From Felis catus (Eukaryota), in NCBI RefSeq assembly GCF_018350175.1, contig NC_058368.1:154630001-154694000 (forward strand): 64,000 nt of DNA, read 5' to 3'. This document shows, one piece after another, positions 63,383-64,000 of this stretch. Every line of letters begins with the position of its first letter. Within the stretch, counting starts at the first letter, position 1. The translations under genes and the position numbers were made by a program. Under the pieces are notes generated by a model. It was not told where the DNA came from, did no database searches, and saw nothing but the letters and a program-made list of their open reading frames with translations.

Positions 63383-63915
63383 ACTCTACAGAGACCTGGG
63401 AGGACGCTTTATGGATTGTGATGGAACCATAAGGGAGACCATAATAGCTCTCATTTTATGTATTAAGCCATATTTGCACAACAATTCCATTATAATACAA
63501 AGATAATCTTAAGAAGTAATTTTAAAACAGCAAATGTATAAATGCTGAGTCTCAAGTAAAAGAAAATAATTTTCCTAAGCCAAATGTCTTTTGTAAGAGA
63601 TTTCAATGGTCATTTGATTCTGTTTTAAAGATAATTTGACCTTATGATACACCCATTTCTTAAATGCATGTCTCCAATATAATTGTTTTCATTTGGAGTT
63701 GAAGTTAAAGAAAATAGCTAAATAATCCTTTGTAATTTGTTTTACTGCTTCGCAGTGCTTTTGTCTAACCAGAGGAAACTCTAAGCATACAATTATTAGT
63801 ATTAAAGTTGATATCTCCAAGAGTTCAATACCAACTTTATAAAACCAAAAAAAAAAAAATCATATACTGAAAATAATGGTGGCTTGGTTCCTCTTTACAA
63901 TATTAAAAATATATT

Positions 63916-64000
63916 TCTTTTTTTTTTAATTTTAATGTTTATTTTTGAGAGAGAGAGAGAGAGACAGAGCACCAGTGAGAGAAGGGTAGAGACAGAGGGA
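63916..64000 (-). mobile_element. Can-SINE 3' end, cut by window end
   Basis: T-rich tail, AATGTTTATTTTTGAGAGAGAG...ACAGAGC. Confidence 0.9.

Noticed and set aside
1..64000. Naming a host or neighbouring gene
   Set aside because: No exon could be matched to a known protein from memory; a genome alignment is required

Overview
AT-rich mammalian genomic DNA from a cat-family (felid) genome, judged from about 27 tRNA-derived Can-SINE copies or fragments of the SINEC_Fc type. No intact protein-coding gene is visible. The supplied ORFs are SINE read-throughs, decayed LINE-1 fragments or low-complexity noise. Most of the window is layered transposon debris: an old ~7.3 kb L1MB-like LINE with a younger L1 and four SINEs nested in it, L2 and MIR relics, MLT1/LTR16/LTR41-like LTRs, and Tigger1-, MER53- and MER104-like DNA transposon relics. 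Three unique-sequence islands stand out (~10.5-21.0 kb, ~46.2-47.0 kb, ~58.9-63.9 kb). They lack recognisable SINEC/L1, locally retain CpG and carry many homeodomain/TALE-type motifs, which fits conserved non-coding enhancer clusters in a large intron or gene desert. That reading is an inference, and I cannot name the locus. I see no convincing evidence for a wholly new biological system. The best leads are the transposon-depleted CpG-retaining block, a candidate 21-nt microexon with splicing-regulatory context, a CTCF-like site, and several informative retrotransposition scars. Repeat family names come from recalled consensus features, and boundaries of old repeats are approximate.
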